Shown piece after piece: positions 12,476 to 27,610 of a DNA stretch of 64,000 nucleotides. Every line of letters begins with the position of its first letter. Positions within the stretch are counted from its first letter, which is position 1. Under the pieces are notes generated by a model. The model was given only the letters and a program-made list of their open reading frames with translations, was not told the origin of the DNA and ran no database searches. Location: positions 3,844,001-3,908,000 of the forward strand of contig CM022667.1 of assembly GCA_012295275.1 (NCBI GenBank), in the 5' to 3' direction. This stretch comes from Chrysomallon squamiferum. Its lineage: Eukaryota > Animalia > Mollusca. Made by a program: the position numbers and the translations under genes.

Positions 12476-15400
12476 AGATTACTCAATATTATTCACTGTC
12501 TCTCTCAGTCTTTTGTTTTATTTCATTCTTTCTATCTCTAACATTCTTTCTTTCTTTTGATGTGTTAATTATAAGATTTTTGTTCATATTCCATGATATT
12601 ATAGCAGCCATTATTTGCAGCTTTCTTCCAAGTAATTAATTTATTTTTTGTATTGTTAATGTATATGTGTAGTGATTATAAACTAACATTCTAAATATAT
12701 CTTATTTATTTACAAGTGGGTATATCATTTATTTCTCCTGGGTAACCTTTGCTAATAATAAAGAATAACATTAATATTATGACAATTGGAATATTGCATC
12801 TAACTGACAAGCATGTTAAAATAATGAAACAACTTTTAATCATAGATTTAACCACTACTTTACTGGATATAGGATATGAAATAATGTGTTGTTGTTGTGA
12901 TGGTGGTGATGTGTGTGTGTATGTGTGTGTGTGTGTGTCTGTGTGTGTGTGTCAGTGTGTGTTTTTTGTGCCTGTGTCTATGTTTTACATAAATTAGGTA
13001 TCATTTTACATGTAAATGTATATCAATAACCATTACATTATATGTTTCTTCATTTATTTACATAATGCATTTATGGAAAACTATATTTGTATTATAACAA
13101 ACTGTATTCATTTCCTAATTTAAATAATAATACTTATATGACTTTGCACTGGATTATTTTTGTATATTTGTAATATCATCCAACAAAGCTTTTGAGTAAT
13201 TACCATTTATCTATATTGTGCTTAAATAATTATATTAGTTTTCTGTTTCACACACCAAACAAACACAGTGACACGCATACACACATATACCATACACAGA
13301 GAGAGAGGTAGACACAAGATGTGCACAGACAACACATAGACAAATGTATGTTTTACATACTGTCTGTCCTGAGTGTGTGTGGGTGTGGGTGGGTGTGTCA
13401 TGCTAATATGTTTCCACTGATAAATCCCACACAGGTATAAGTTACACTATTACACTGTTTATCGTGTGAAATATCTGTGTGTATAACATCCCTGACAGAA
13501 ACCTGCAACATCTGAACTGATCAGTTCAACAGGTGGCAGCAGCTAGAAACCTCTCTAACCAGGGCCCTGAACCCTGCAGGAGATGGCGCCACCGTTCATC
13601 ATAATCTAAAGTGGCAGCCATTTTGGTCTCTTCTGTCTGTAATCTGTCTTCTTTCATTTGAGGCACCACAGTGAATGCGAAGAACAGATAGTGTTGCAGA
13701 TTATGTACTTGGTAAATGCTTTATACAGGCTATCAGGAGATGTAAGAACAGGTGGCTTTAATAGGTGTGTGTTTCTGGCTTTTATGTGGTTATAATTATA
13801 CACTAAACATTTACAGACAGCTGGACAGATAGTCTCATACTCACACATGTGTGTATCTTCCTTTTATGTGAATGTAAGTGTACTTAATTGGTACTGTGAC
13901 GGGGACAAACAGGCTGAGGGTCAGAAGTACATGTATTTGTACATATTTACAGAAAATAAAATAATTCACTTAATGAAAAGTTGCAGTTATAGTGTTATTC
14001 CTGTTGTTTCCTAATACACTCAAACTAAAAGTTTTTATAGGTATAAATGTGATTTTAAACATCTCTATTACATCTAAATATCTCTGTTGAATCCTAAACC
14101 TATACTGATGCTATTTTTCATAACTATACCTAAATTATCAGTTGTTCTTAAATGTCTTATTGTTCCAGAATGTCTCATTTGTCTCTCAGTTGTATCTTAC
14201 AGAAATTTCTCTATCATTTCTTTCTGTGATGTTTCTGTCTGTCATTGTTAATTAACATTAAATGTCCCTACTTCATATTTGTTTATCATTCTAAAGTGTT
14301 AGTGACTTTGTTTTCACTGGTTTTCCCATTCTAGCCACTTTTGTTGTTAATAATGTATGTGTTGTGTGTGTGATTATATATATAAAATCAAAGAACTTGG
14401 TTCATGTTGCCACATGTGTAAACATCAAAAGAACAGCCGATCCAAGACATTCCATGCATCACTGAAGCATGTGCATGTACAACTATGACAATATTTTTCC
14501 ACATGGAACACTAAATGTGTATTATTTAAGCATGTACATATACACAGATAATTGTTTTATTTTTGAAAAATGTGCTCATTAATTACTACAAATTATAATA
14601 AATGGCTGTATGGTTACTGGAGCAGTGAACATTATTATAACAATGAATATGAATGCATAAATTGAGACAAGAACTTTCAGATACAGCTTAAACTTTTTTT
14701 GTTTCAATGTAATTCTGATTATCCATCCAGCACCGCTGATATGTGTCTGTGCTTGCAGCCAACCTGTTGCACATTAGTGTAGCTAAAATATACTCTGGTG
14801 CTCAACCAATTTAATGTGCACTTGCTTTTAAATTGCTCAAAAGAGAGGGGCAATGGTAATCAGATGTTCATTCACATTTTTGGCCAGCTTAGAGGAAGGA
14901 GCTGGCTGTGGAGTTGTTGTGTGTGGTTCTAGGTGTTCTGACTGTTTTAAAATGGGCTCCACCTTAGCGAGGTGGTCATGATGTTTACTGTGGGGCAGTC
15001 AGTTAGTCAGTGCAAACATATCACAACTCCATAACTGTGTATTTTTGTTTATGGCTTCGGACCATGTGATTTTTATTTTATTAAAATCTTGGGTATTTAT
15101 GTACCTTATGTTTCTATTATTGGTTTAGAACAAAGGTTTATTGGGAAGTGGAGGGGGCTTTTTCAGTATAATATTTCAAAAAAAATGTTCAGTGATAATC
15201 CACTTAAAAAAATTAGAACAGTACTTATCTATGGGAATTTGTTCAGTACTACTTTAATGGAACATATATAAGTATTAATCTAATGGAACAAATATATACT
15301 AAACCAGTGGAATATATATGCATTACTAGAATATGTACAGTATTAATCCACTTGAACATGTATTAAACACCATTAATCCAACAAAATACATTTGTGGATG

Positions 15401-16199
15401 CGATCACATAGTGTTTATTTTTGAATAATAATAATACAAATTTAATTTTAATATGTACTGATAGATGATGAAACAAAATAAGGTAAAGAAAAAAAACAAA
15501 AACAATTATAGTGCATTTTTTATTACATATATTAAACAGATAATGCAGATATTATTACAACACTTGAAAGAAATTAAAAAACAGAAACAAGAAAAGAAAT
15601 ATAGTGGGAAGTTCTAATATATTAATATTTAAAATCTCAACAACAAAAAGAAACATTAATAAAAATTAAAGCCTCAAACCCCCCCAAAAAACGAAGAAAA
15701 AAAACAACTAAATAAATAAAAAAGAGAGTTTTATTATTATTTTAAATTACATGTTACCTGTCGATTACAGATTTAGATTCTATTAAAGTAAGAACACTTC
15801 AAATAATACAGGTGTTACATGTTATATTGAAAAATAACTCTTTGATGTGTACACATTCTTCAGTGTCATAATGTTTGTATCAAGGAAGTTTATGAATTAA
15901 GCAGGACTATATTGCATGTTTTAAAGTCATTCTTTTTATAGACTAATGTAACAGTTTAATACTGAAACATTAAAACTGAAAGTAATTGAAAACTGCCCAG
16001 ATTCCATAACCCCCCCAAAAAAAAACTGTCAGGGGATGCTGATTAATCGAGATGGTCTCTCTGATGAGGTTTGGATACGATTTATAGACAGAGTTGTAAT
16101 CAATATCTATGTGACTTAAATAAATATTGAAGATTCCTGCATGAACATAATGGTGATAATAATAATAATAATAATAATAATGAGATGCTATTTAAAACT

Positions 16200-16520
16200 T
16201 ATCAGAGATAATACTGAGTGATAGATAACATTGAGGTATCATGTAGACACTGGTGATAGACAACCCTGAGATATTATACAGACATTGTGATAGATAACAC
16301 TGAAGTATCATGTAGACATTGGTGACAGATAACACTGAAATATCACACAGACATTGTGATAGATAACATTGAAATATCTTGTAGACACCTGTGATAGATA
16401 ACACTAAGATATCATGTAACACTGATGATAGATAACACTAAGATATGATGTAGACATTGTGATAGAAAACACTGGGATATGATGTAGACATTGGTGATAG
16501 ATGATAATACTGAGGTGTCC
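16200..16520. repeat. About 35 bp minisatellite (gtgatagataacactgagatatcatgtagacattg)
   Basis: About nine tandem copies; a related degenerate tactgaggtgtcc unit continues to about 17190. Confidence 0.9.
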
Positions 16521-16562
16521 TGTGCAAGAAGAATTAGTGTTTATGCTGTTAACCCAGATAAT

Positions 16563-16602
<40 letters not shown>

Positions 16603-17802
16603 CACACATTGTATTAATTATAGATGTCCTTTGTATTAAACCTGAGGTGTTCTCTATAAACTTGTAATTTACAATGTACATTATATTAATATTGAGATGT
16701 TCTCTGTTTATAAGCAGTTAATAATGTCCTGTTTAGTAAACCTTAGGTGTTCTCCATTGTAAGGTTACTGAGATATGTTCCAACCTGAACACATATTTTC
16801 ACTCAGTTTATAGATCAACTATATACTGTTTTAATACTGAGATATTCTCTATAAGTTGGTGTCCTTTATAAGAAGGTTAGTACTAATTAGAAGGTATATA
16901 AAAGGTTGTTTTGTTTGTTTTATAATACTCTGTAGGTTTGACACATGATGAGAAACAGATTAATGGTATAACAATAAAAGTAGGTTAATGCTGATATTGA
17001 GGTGTCCTGTATAAGCAGGTTATTACTAATACTTGAGTGTCTTCTTGTTTAGTGAGCATTTTAATTTTTTCACTTAGTCTGTTAGTGAACAGTGTATTAA
17101 TACTGAGGTGTCCTCTGTAAACAGGACAGTGCTATGGTCACTTAGCTGGTTAGTGAACGCTGTATTATTTCTGAGGTGTCCTCTATCAGGAGGTTGGTAT
17201 ATGATATACTCCAGGCTGGACACATGGCAACTCTGTTTTCACTTAGTATTGGGCATCACTCGACACCCAGACCAACATACACTGTTAATGAGAGAATGGC
17301 GCCTCCACTATTTTCTTTTCTAATCGCTACACATGTGTTGTAGAGTCTGTGTTTATCTTACCGGCCCTGGCGGCAGATTTGCAGTTGTTTTATGGCCACA
17401 CTCCAGCCATGCTGCTAACACATGTCTGTCTTCGTTCTATCGCCTGTGTTTCTATCACTATTTATTTTTTCTCCTGTCGAAAAGTTTTTATATTTTGTTT
17501 ATTTATTATTTATTTTTTTTATGTTTTTTTTTTTTTATGGGTTTTTTTCATCTATTTCTCACACCTTGTAGTTTATGTAATGATGGTGTTTTTTTTTGTT
17601 TGTTTTTTTGTTTGTTTTTTGCTGTCTGTAAATGTGATGTATATATGGGAGATGAATTTTAAATTTTTAAATGGTATATGATAGATATTTAGTGATATAT
17701 ATATATTTGTTTCTTAATTAATTTTAAAAAAATGTTTGGATTTCATATTTAGATATATATATATATATATTTTTTTATATTTATTTATTTTTGTTTATCA
17801 AT

Positions 17803-17873
<71 letters not shown>

Positions 17874-17976
17874 ATAATAATCACATGCGCATGCACACAA
17901 ACACAAATACACACACACACACACACACACACAACAACAACAACCAAAAAAACCCAATACAAAACACAACAACAAC

Positions 17977-18007
<31 letters not shown>

Positions 18008-18822
18008 AAAAAAATAAAGAAAAGTAGTAGAAGAAGATGAAGTGAATAAAAAAACCCAAAACAATTAAGAAGAACAGTAATGAAGCTTGATGGCATCATT
18101 TCAGAGAGAAATAGAGTTATCTCTGTTAAAATGGCTGATATTGACAGAAATGTGTGTGAATGGGTTTATTGCATTTTCGATTGTCTGAGAGAGACGCCCG
18201 AGGGACATTTGTGTCGCTTGTGGTCGTTTTCAAGTCTCAACTCAGAAATCAATCTTATGTGAGTCTTCAGAACCGAATTTTACTCTGGGCTGAATTTTGG
18301 ATGCAATCAGATCAGTTTAAAACAGCTTAAAACAATGTTTTTGGATAAAATGCTGATTTTCACACCATAGACTCTTGAGATTTTTTATTGTAGAATTTGG
18401 TAAAAAAAAAGAAAAAAATTGGAACTTTGTAGAAAATGTCTGACATATATTTTGATACTGAAATCAGCATTTGGTCAAAATAAAAATGTATGTAAGACAT
18501 CAGAAATCTGCAACATTTGACCAAAATTTGAAATTTTATAGGGAAGATCTGAGAAAATTTTCAAATCTTTCCATAGTATCTTCTGAGTGTTAGGAATTCT
18601 CGTATTTTTAGTATGTATTTGACAGGGTTTCCTGTACAGCTGTATTGAAATGTAAAAAAAGTTTATCTGTTATATTTATGCAATCTCTATAACTTGGTGT
18701 ATGGTTTTATAGCTGAATTTGTGGAAGACTGGCTCGATGATTGATAAGTGTAGCGTAAGTATTTTATTTACTGAACTTTATGATTTGAAAATATGAAATT
18801 ATGATTCAGTATTATTGCTATC

Positions 18823-18903
<81 letters not shown>

Positions 18904-19399
18904 GTCTGTCTGTTGTCTGTCTAGTTCTCATCTTTTTATCCAGTGTGAATTATAGTTCATATTTTGTTTTTTTTGTTTTCTCTCTCTGTGTTTTAGTTCT
19001 CAACTTTTTCTTTTAAAAAAATATAAATTTCAGCATCCACTTTGTCATTCTGATTTTTCTCTTTTTATAGTATTTCCCTATTATGTATGTAAAAAAAAAA
19101 AGTAAACAAATATGAAAATTTCTAATACACCAAAGTGAAAAATACTTTCAGTGATATTAACATAATTATGACAATTGAATTTCTTTTTATAAAAATATAT
19201 TATTTATATTTCAAAAAAAAAACAACCCAAAAAATCAATACTGTACAAAATAATTTTAATTTGTCTGATCTAGTTTTCACAATAAGTTGCTTTTTTTTTT
19301 TCTCTTATGCTTAGTGTATCATCTTTCCTCAGTATAGAACATTTTTGATAAAAGATTTTTTTGATGGCAATAAGAAAAATAGTCAGTGATAGTTATATC

Positions 19400-19810
19400 T
19401 TTTGAATGAATGAATAGTAAGATAAACTAATGGATGGCATTCTTGTACAGCTGGATGGACAGATGAATGAATAAATTAATATTTTAATGGATATAAAGAT
19501 GAATGAATGATATACTGGCCAATAAATTGATGAATAGATGGAATAAGGAATTGAAGTCTTAATGGATAGAAACAAGTACATGTGGATGGAGAGAATTAAA
19601 AGACAGATAAATGAGTTAAAGTAGTAATTGAATGAAGGATGGAAATATGTGTATGAATGATTGGATAGATAACAGATGGCCAGATAAGTTGATGAATACA
19701 TAGATGAATGAATGAATATATTAATGTATGGAAAGATGGATGAATGAAGGGACAGATTCATAGAGATGATAGATGGACAGACCAACTGATACATGGACAG
19801 AATGAATGTA
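19400..19810. repeat. Degenerate GATG/GAAT low-complexity repeat
   Basis: Direct inspection. Confidence 0.75.
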
Positions 19811-20441
19811 CAGCTAAATAACTAACTAAATAAGGGACAATCTTCAATGAACTAAAATTCAAACTACTGGTCTTTGTCACTACCAATTCCTTCACAGTGT
19901 AAAAAGCAATTCCATTAACAAACTGCAGGGATATTAAAAAGCTGCAATACTGCCTGTTTTGATTACTTAATCAAGATTGTTAGCAGCTGTAGGAGTTGTG
20001 TGTAAATCTTCTATCCTAATGAGCTGCATTCACCAGCTGCTGTACTCAGCCAATCAAGTCTTTTACAACATTGCAAAAATCACTTTGTCGTCACCCAGCA
20101 CCTGCTACACCATCGTCATCCTTTAAACTGTCTTTTCCTTGGGGAGCTTCCAGAATTATACTTTAATTTATAGGTCTTCCCATCTGTCCTTATGTCTGTG
20201 CACATGTCTGTCTGTTTGTACTATCTGTGTCTTTTTTTTTTTTGTGATTAATGTGTAGCTTAACTGTCTGTCTTCCTTTCTTTTCATTCATTTGTCTGTC
20301 TGCATGTCTGTCTGTCTGTCACTTTCTGTTCTTTTTGTGGGTTTTTGGGTATAACTGATGATCTGTTGTTCTGTCTGTACATCTGTATCTGTCTGTCTCT
20401 ATATTCTTTCATATACCAAATTATACATTCTCTTGCTCACA

Positions 20442-20496
<55 letters not shown>

Positions 20497-20734
20497 CTGC
20501 AGTTCTAATCATGTTTTAAGCCTCAAAGCTTTCTATTTTTTTATCCATCTACTCATCTATCCATCTACTCATAATCCATTCTTCAAATGGATTTAAAAAT
20601 CTATTATGTTTAAATCAGAAGAATAAAAAAAAGAAATGAAAGATAGTTATTGTAAATAACATCATAGAAATCTGTGGATCCATCCAGTTGTTCTTCCATC
20701 CACATACTATTATCCATCATAAATAAGCAAGTAG

Positions 20735-20773
<39 letters not shown>

Positions 20774-22558
20774 AAGAAAAATAAGAATGAACCCAAAATC
20801 ATTTAAATATAATGTGTGTGTGTGTGTGTGACACTTCATTGATCCACCCATTTATTCATCTGTCTACCCATCCATCTATCTGTACATGCAGACACAAATC
20901 AGAAAACATAGTTTGTTATCCAAGTTAATTATGATAAACACCAAACAAGTTTAGCGGTGGACGTCTCTTTCTTAGAGACAAACAGTTTGGATTTTTCTTT
21001 GATTAGTCAGTCACAAGACACATCATTGGGTTTGTCCTCTGCCTACCTCCTTTTCGATAATGAAATTTCTTCCATGCACCTGATGCCAAATTAAATAATT
21101 CTTGATAGAGTGTCTAATTTGATACATGTTGTTTCTCCAGTTTTCTTGTCCATAAAGCAGATCAATTCTTTAGAGAATGCGGACATTTTTCTGTCATCTC
21201 CGGTAACATTTGGAAGGTAGAGTTTGTTTATTTTTGTTTATTTATTTTCATAAGGAATGGCTGGAAGCTTAATATTTGGTATTGTAAGCTTTGTTGGAAG
21301 AATATAATAATGTTTTTTTTTCATAAAAGATTTTTTATATATATATAAATTTATTTCTCAAGTTTTTGGCATTGTTTGACTGTCTGCATTCACAGATTCT
21401 TTTGGCTCTGAAGTCAGTTATTAAATTAATGTGGTTAAAGTATTCACTACTGTTTATGATAATTTAATTAATTTAATTTATTAAGTTAATACGGTCTGTA
21501 TGAAAACAGATATTAATAATTATTCATCTTTTATTATGAATTTTTAAAATTTTATTTTAGGTAGACTATAGATATTTTGATTTTGTTAAGAATTGTTAAA
21601 CATTTTTGGGGGTTAAAATTGTTAAATTGTTGTAGTCTATATAAAAAAAATGCACCTTTTTCTATTTTTTTATTTTTATTTTATTAGTTAATAAAATGTA
21701 TTTAATGTCTTAGGTCTGTCTGTAGGAGCATATTGATGTTTTTAATTTTATGTTTTTTGAGAATTATCTTATTAAGTTGTATCATTGGTCAGAAGGCATA
21801 GTGTTTAAATAATTAAAATTATTTTTGCATTTGGATTATTAATTTCTTTAAAAAATTATAATCTTTTGAAGTTACAGCATAAATATTTTGGGTTATTATA
21901 ATTTAGAATAGTTTGAGTTCAGAATCTCAAATATTAGATATTTCTATGATCAGGATATACGTATTTTTTTTACAATATTTAATTATTATCATCATTATTA
22001 TTATATTTTGAATTTGGAAAAAATAAAATGATAATTGCAAATTCCACTTTCTGAGGATTCTGATATTAATAATATAGAATGGAATCTTCAATAAATAAAT
22101 AAATTTATAAAATAATTAAGCATGAACCCAAAATATCATTTAAGTACAACAGATATATACAGACACACATACACATACACACATATACACACACTCACAA
22201 AAAATACATACATATTAATAAATATTTTAAAAATGTGAATTGCTAATGTCACATTGTGTAACGTAAGTCTGTGTTTTGCTTTGCCAGATGATGTGTCAGA
22301 TACACATGTGGCTTTAAATTATTTTCATTCACGACAGTGGTTAATGTACTTACAGGTATTATAACACAATATGTAATTTGTATGTATGTGCAGCTGTCTG
22401 TATGTTTCTTATCTCAGTGTAAATCATTGTATTGATCAGTGAGTGTTGAATATGTTTTGAATATGTTTGTGGGTGAGTGTGTGTCTGTGTGTGTGTTTGT
22501 GTGTCTGTGTGTTTGTGTGTGTATGTGTGTTTGTGTATTATGTTTATCCATATATATT

Positions 22559-22596
<38 letters not shown>

Positions 22597-23089
22597 ATTA
22601 TAATCTAAAAATACCTTTGCTTTTTAAAATAATTTTGTTATATAATTAACATTTATTTTGAAACATTAACATCAGACACTTTTTACTCACAATCATAATC
22701 ATTTACATTTGCTTTAAGTCAATATTTGTATTCACTGACACATAACATCATCCAACCAGTGGAATGAAACATCAACACATTTTGAAGCTAATGAATGGCT
22801 TCACTATCTCGTTTCCCCTGCTCTTAAGAACATTTATATATTTTCAATCTTTTGACTTAACAAAGCTTTCACTCGTATAACACCTGTAATTACCTTTTCT
22901 AAAATATTATATTTATGAAATCTTCCTTTCTGTGTCCATCTGTCCACCAAACAGAACACCTGCCTCTCTGTGTGCTTCTTCTGTTTTATTTCCCTGCATG
23001 AATATATTTATAGTCAACACTTCCCATCATAACATTTCACACAGCAGCATAATATGTATACACCCTCTGCTATTATTAAGGTCTGTCCA

Positions 23090-23680
23090 AGATGCTTTTA
23101 TATAATCTATGATATTATACAGATCACTAAATACTTTACCTATATACATACAGCCCTCTCTGTATAATTTATATTTATTGTACAAATTACTCTTAAATAC
23201 TTCATCTATATAGATACACCCGTCTATTATATATTTCTATTTATTGTACAAATCACTCCAAAATACTTTATCTCTATAGATACATCTCGATTTTATATAA
23301 TCTATATATATTGTATAAATCACTGTCTCTGAAATACTTCATGTATATACATACACCCCATTTTATATAATCTATATTTATTGTACAAATAACACTATTT
23401 CAAATACTACATCTATACATACATACATATATATATATACACTGTCTGTTTTATTTATTTATTGTACAAACCACTAAAAAATACTTTATCTTATATGTAC
23501 ACTCTGTATTATATAATCTGTTACAGAAATCACTAAATACTATTTCATTTAATCAATATTTAGTGTATTCATCAATATCTCTCAAATACTTCATCTACAT
23601 ACATGCACCTCTGTATTATATACTCTATATTTATTGTACAAATCACTGTGTATCTCAAATGTATAATACACCTCTTCTAT
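23090..23680. repeat. About 62-65 bp minisatellite (atacttcatctata...tatttattgtacaaatcact)
   Basis: About eight degenerate copies. Confidence 0.85.
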
Positions 23681-24411
23681 AGAATATTTTACCAAATAAT
23701 TATACTGCTTTAGAAATAATCTATTGTCCAAAAATACACCCCCAAAAAAACCTCCCCCCCCTGTACTGCATGATCCCCAGATATCTACAGTCAAACCGAG
23801 AGACACAACCAGCAGATCCACCAAACTATTTTATTGTCCAAAATACACGGAGGCGTTGCAGCGAAAAGAGAACAGATAACTGCAGAGAGAGAGTGAGTGA
23901 ACTGTACGAGGATGTGAGGGCATATAAGCACATGTTGCAGCCATTGGAGACATATGTGAATGTGATTTCGACATTCCAGCATGGTACCGCTGAGTCTGGC
24001 TTCCACTGCCGATACCAGATGTGTGCTGGACAGGTGGCTCACTCCCAGCTGAAGATAGCTTCCAGGAGGAGCGCAGACTGGTTGTCGCCACACTCTCTTT
24101 TTTAACTGTCAGCCAGCGTGTTTTTCATCACCCCAGTATGTTTCGTTTACGATCCGCTTTCAGTAATCTCTGTGTTAGATGATTTTGTTTTATGGTTTCC
24201 CTCTCCTTTTTTTTTTTTTAAAACTCTTCTTTCTTTTTTTTTCTTTTTTTGAAAAATATATTCCAGGGGATGTTAGTTTTCTGATTTGTGTGATTTTTTT
24301 TTTTTTTTTTTTTTTTTTTTGACTTTTGAAAAATAAAAAAAAATAAAAATAAAAATAATATGTGGGAGGGGTTGTTAATTATAGTTGTAGCTTGGGGGCA
24401 AAATGTAAAAA

Positions 24412-24447
<36 letters not shown>

Positions 24448-25005
24448 TCTTATAGTCATATTTTCTTTTTTCTTACTGAAAATTCTGGTTGTAATAATAA
24501 TAATATCTTTAAATTTTCATAAACACTTGCTGACACTCTACTATCCTTTCTTTTCTTGTTTTTATTTTTATTACTTATTAAATTCTAGATAACTAAAGTC
24601 AGAAAACTTAGAAATTATGGAGAATGTGTGCAAGTTCATGGATTTGAAAATTGCTTGGTATTATAGAACAGTAAATTTTATGCTTGCTGTGTTATGGAAA
24701 TATACAAAAATTATTTGTGTAAAACAACTGATTATATTAAATATTATGTGCATTTTTAACATTTTTTTTTTTTTTTTTTTTTGTCAGCATTTTATTTAAA
24801 ATGGTTTGTTTGTAATAGAACAAAGACAAAATATATGTTTTAGTCTGTTTGATCTTATTATTTAGTTATTATTTATTTATTTATTCAGTTTATTAATTGG
24901 TTATTAAATTTAATTATTTTATTAATTGACTGATTAAATTATATGTGTACCTACAGATATGTATTTCATATGAACAGGGGTTAATGGATGGATATAGATA
25001 CTTCT

Positions 25006-25064
<59 letters not shown>

Positions 25065-25160
25065 GACACATACATATATATATGTACATACACACAACAC
25101 ATACATCATAAACAAACCTATACAAATCTTGAACATTTTTTTTTTTGAAGTCTGTGTTGG

Positions 25161-25202
<42 letters not shown>

Positions 25203-27039
25203 ATGTACTGAACAATGTTGACAACTGTAATTAAAAAAGAAAACCCTCTCAATACAACAAAACTGTTGCTAATTGGAAACACCACCATGGAAAATGATCT
25301 GTGTGATAAAGTCAACATAATTACAAACATTTGTTGCTTATTACAGTTGTTATCCATCACCCGATTGGTCAGATTAGCAGTAACACCATCAGTATGTTAG
25401 TTTTCAAACTGCAGGGTACTAACTTCCACACAACAACTACAAGGTAATGTTAAGCTATAACTACGTGTTGACTTTTAAAACCAGATTATCATTTGGCAGT
25501 CTGCAGCTCTATTTATACATACATTTATCTTGACATAATATTATTAATATATCTTAACATATTTACAAAGATATGTGGTAACTGTAAGTTTCGGCAGATG
25601 TGTAATAAATATGTAAATATTTAGTTTCAGTTACCGGTTATATATCTTTTGTATGTCACATTGCTAGACAGTTGTTCTTCTTCATGTTGGTTATTTAAAA
25701 ATGTGGATATTTTATTTTAATATCAGTTTTGATTAATATAATCAGTTTCAGAATGTGTTTTGCAAGTTAATGTCATAATCTCCAATATTATCATCTTTGA
25801 ATGATAAACTGGTTCATCATGTGTTGAACAAAATTTATAATCTTTTACAAATTAATATCATAATCTACATTATTATCATCTTTTTTTTAATTATAAACTG
25901 GTTCATCATGTATGGAACAAAATTTGTGTTTTTTAATTAACCATCTTCCTCTGATAACTCTGTTTTCATTGTTTCAGTTTGTGTTGTTTCTGAATAATGA
26001 TGGAGAGATATATTCACATAAGCATTCAGAAAACATTATGTAGATAGATATACAGACTGAGAAATATAATTATGTAGACATATAGGTAACATTTGTTTCA
26101 CATTTTCAAAGTATGCATATATAGATAACATTTGTTCAGAATCTGTTGCTGTTGTGGAACTTTATTTATTATTTTAGAATTCATACATTTTTTTTTAATC
26201 TTTATGTCATCTTTCTGTTACAGATTATGAAATTATTTGTAAGACCATAATCAAACTGGAATAATAAAAAGATTCTGTTATGTTAGAAAAATGTATTAGG
26301 CAAATAAATTAATATTTGTGGATTAAATGCATGGGTCAGAGAAAATTAAAATGTGTGTGTGAGTGTGTGTATGAGAGATAATGTGTATATATGTGAGAGA
26401 ATGCATGTGAGCTTGTTAATATATATATGTGGGTGTATGTATTTTTAAGAGAGAGAGAGTGTATGTGTGTGAGTGTGCATGTGAATGAGAAAAAGTGTAT
26501 GAGAAAGTGTTTTGTGTAATGTGATTTAGAATGTAAGTGAGAGAGAGAGTGTAAATGTGTAACTTTCATTTGTGCCTTTGCATTCAAAAATAATATGTGT
26601 TAGAAGCATGAGAGTATATGTGTGGGTGTCTGTGTGAGAGAGAGAGAAAAGAGAGAGAGATTCTGATATACATTTGAGTTAATATAAATATATAACAAAT
26701 GGGCTATGTAAGTTCACCAAATTTACCATCAATGTTTAATTACTAGCCTCAAAAAAACCAAAAAAAAAAAAAAAAAAAGAAAATCTTAAATATAATTTAT
26801 TAATATTAAATTAGAAAACTGCCAGGTTTTGTGTGCATATCTATTAATCATTACAAAACATTCATAACTGAAAAAGAAAAGAAAGATAAAAAAAATCTCC
26901 TCACAGTTAAAATTTAAAATGTCTCTGAATAATATTTTCTTATCTTCTTGCTGCTTGTAATTATGAGATATAATTCTATTTTATTATAACTTTATTGTAA
27001 TTTATTATAATTATTAATAATTAAAATTGTAAATGTTAA

Positions 27040-27610
27040 AATAAAACATAACACAAGTAATATGAACAATAAAACAAATTTTATCCAGTATATAAAACTA
27101 GTATTATAAATAACAAAATAAGTTTTCAGTATATAATACTAGTAATATAAATAATAAAATTACATATTCATAATATAATACAAGTGATATAAACAATAAA
27201 ACAAAATAAGTATTCAGTATATAATACTAGTAATACAAATAATAAAATATCATATTCATTATATAATACATTATATAATTATTCAGTAATATAAACAATA
27301 AAGAAAATATTCAGTACATAATACTAGTAATATAAATAATAAAATAAATATTCAGCATATAATACTAGTAATATAAACAATAAAATAATCAAGTACTAAA
27401 TATATAATGCAATTAACATAAACAATGAAACAAAATATTCAGTATATAATAGTAATATAAACAATAAAATAATCAAGTAGTAAATATATAATACTGTTAA
27501 TATAAACAATTAAACAAAATATTCAGTATATAATAGTAGTAATAAAAAAATATATATTGTTAATTATAAAATGCAATACAATAAAAATAATGGAATATTC
27601 AGTACAATAG
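27040..27610. repeat. About 40 bp AT-rich minisatellite (tattcagtatataatactagtaatataaacaataaaa)
   Basis: More than ten degenerate copies. Confidence 0.85.
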
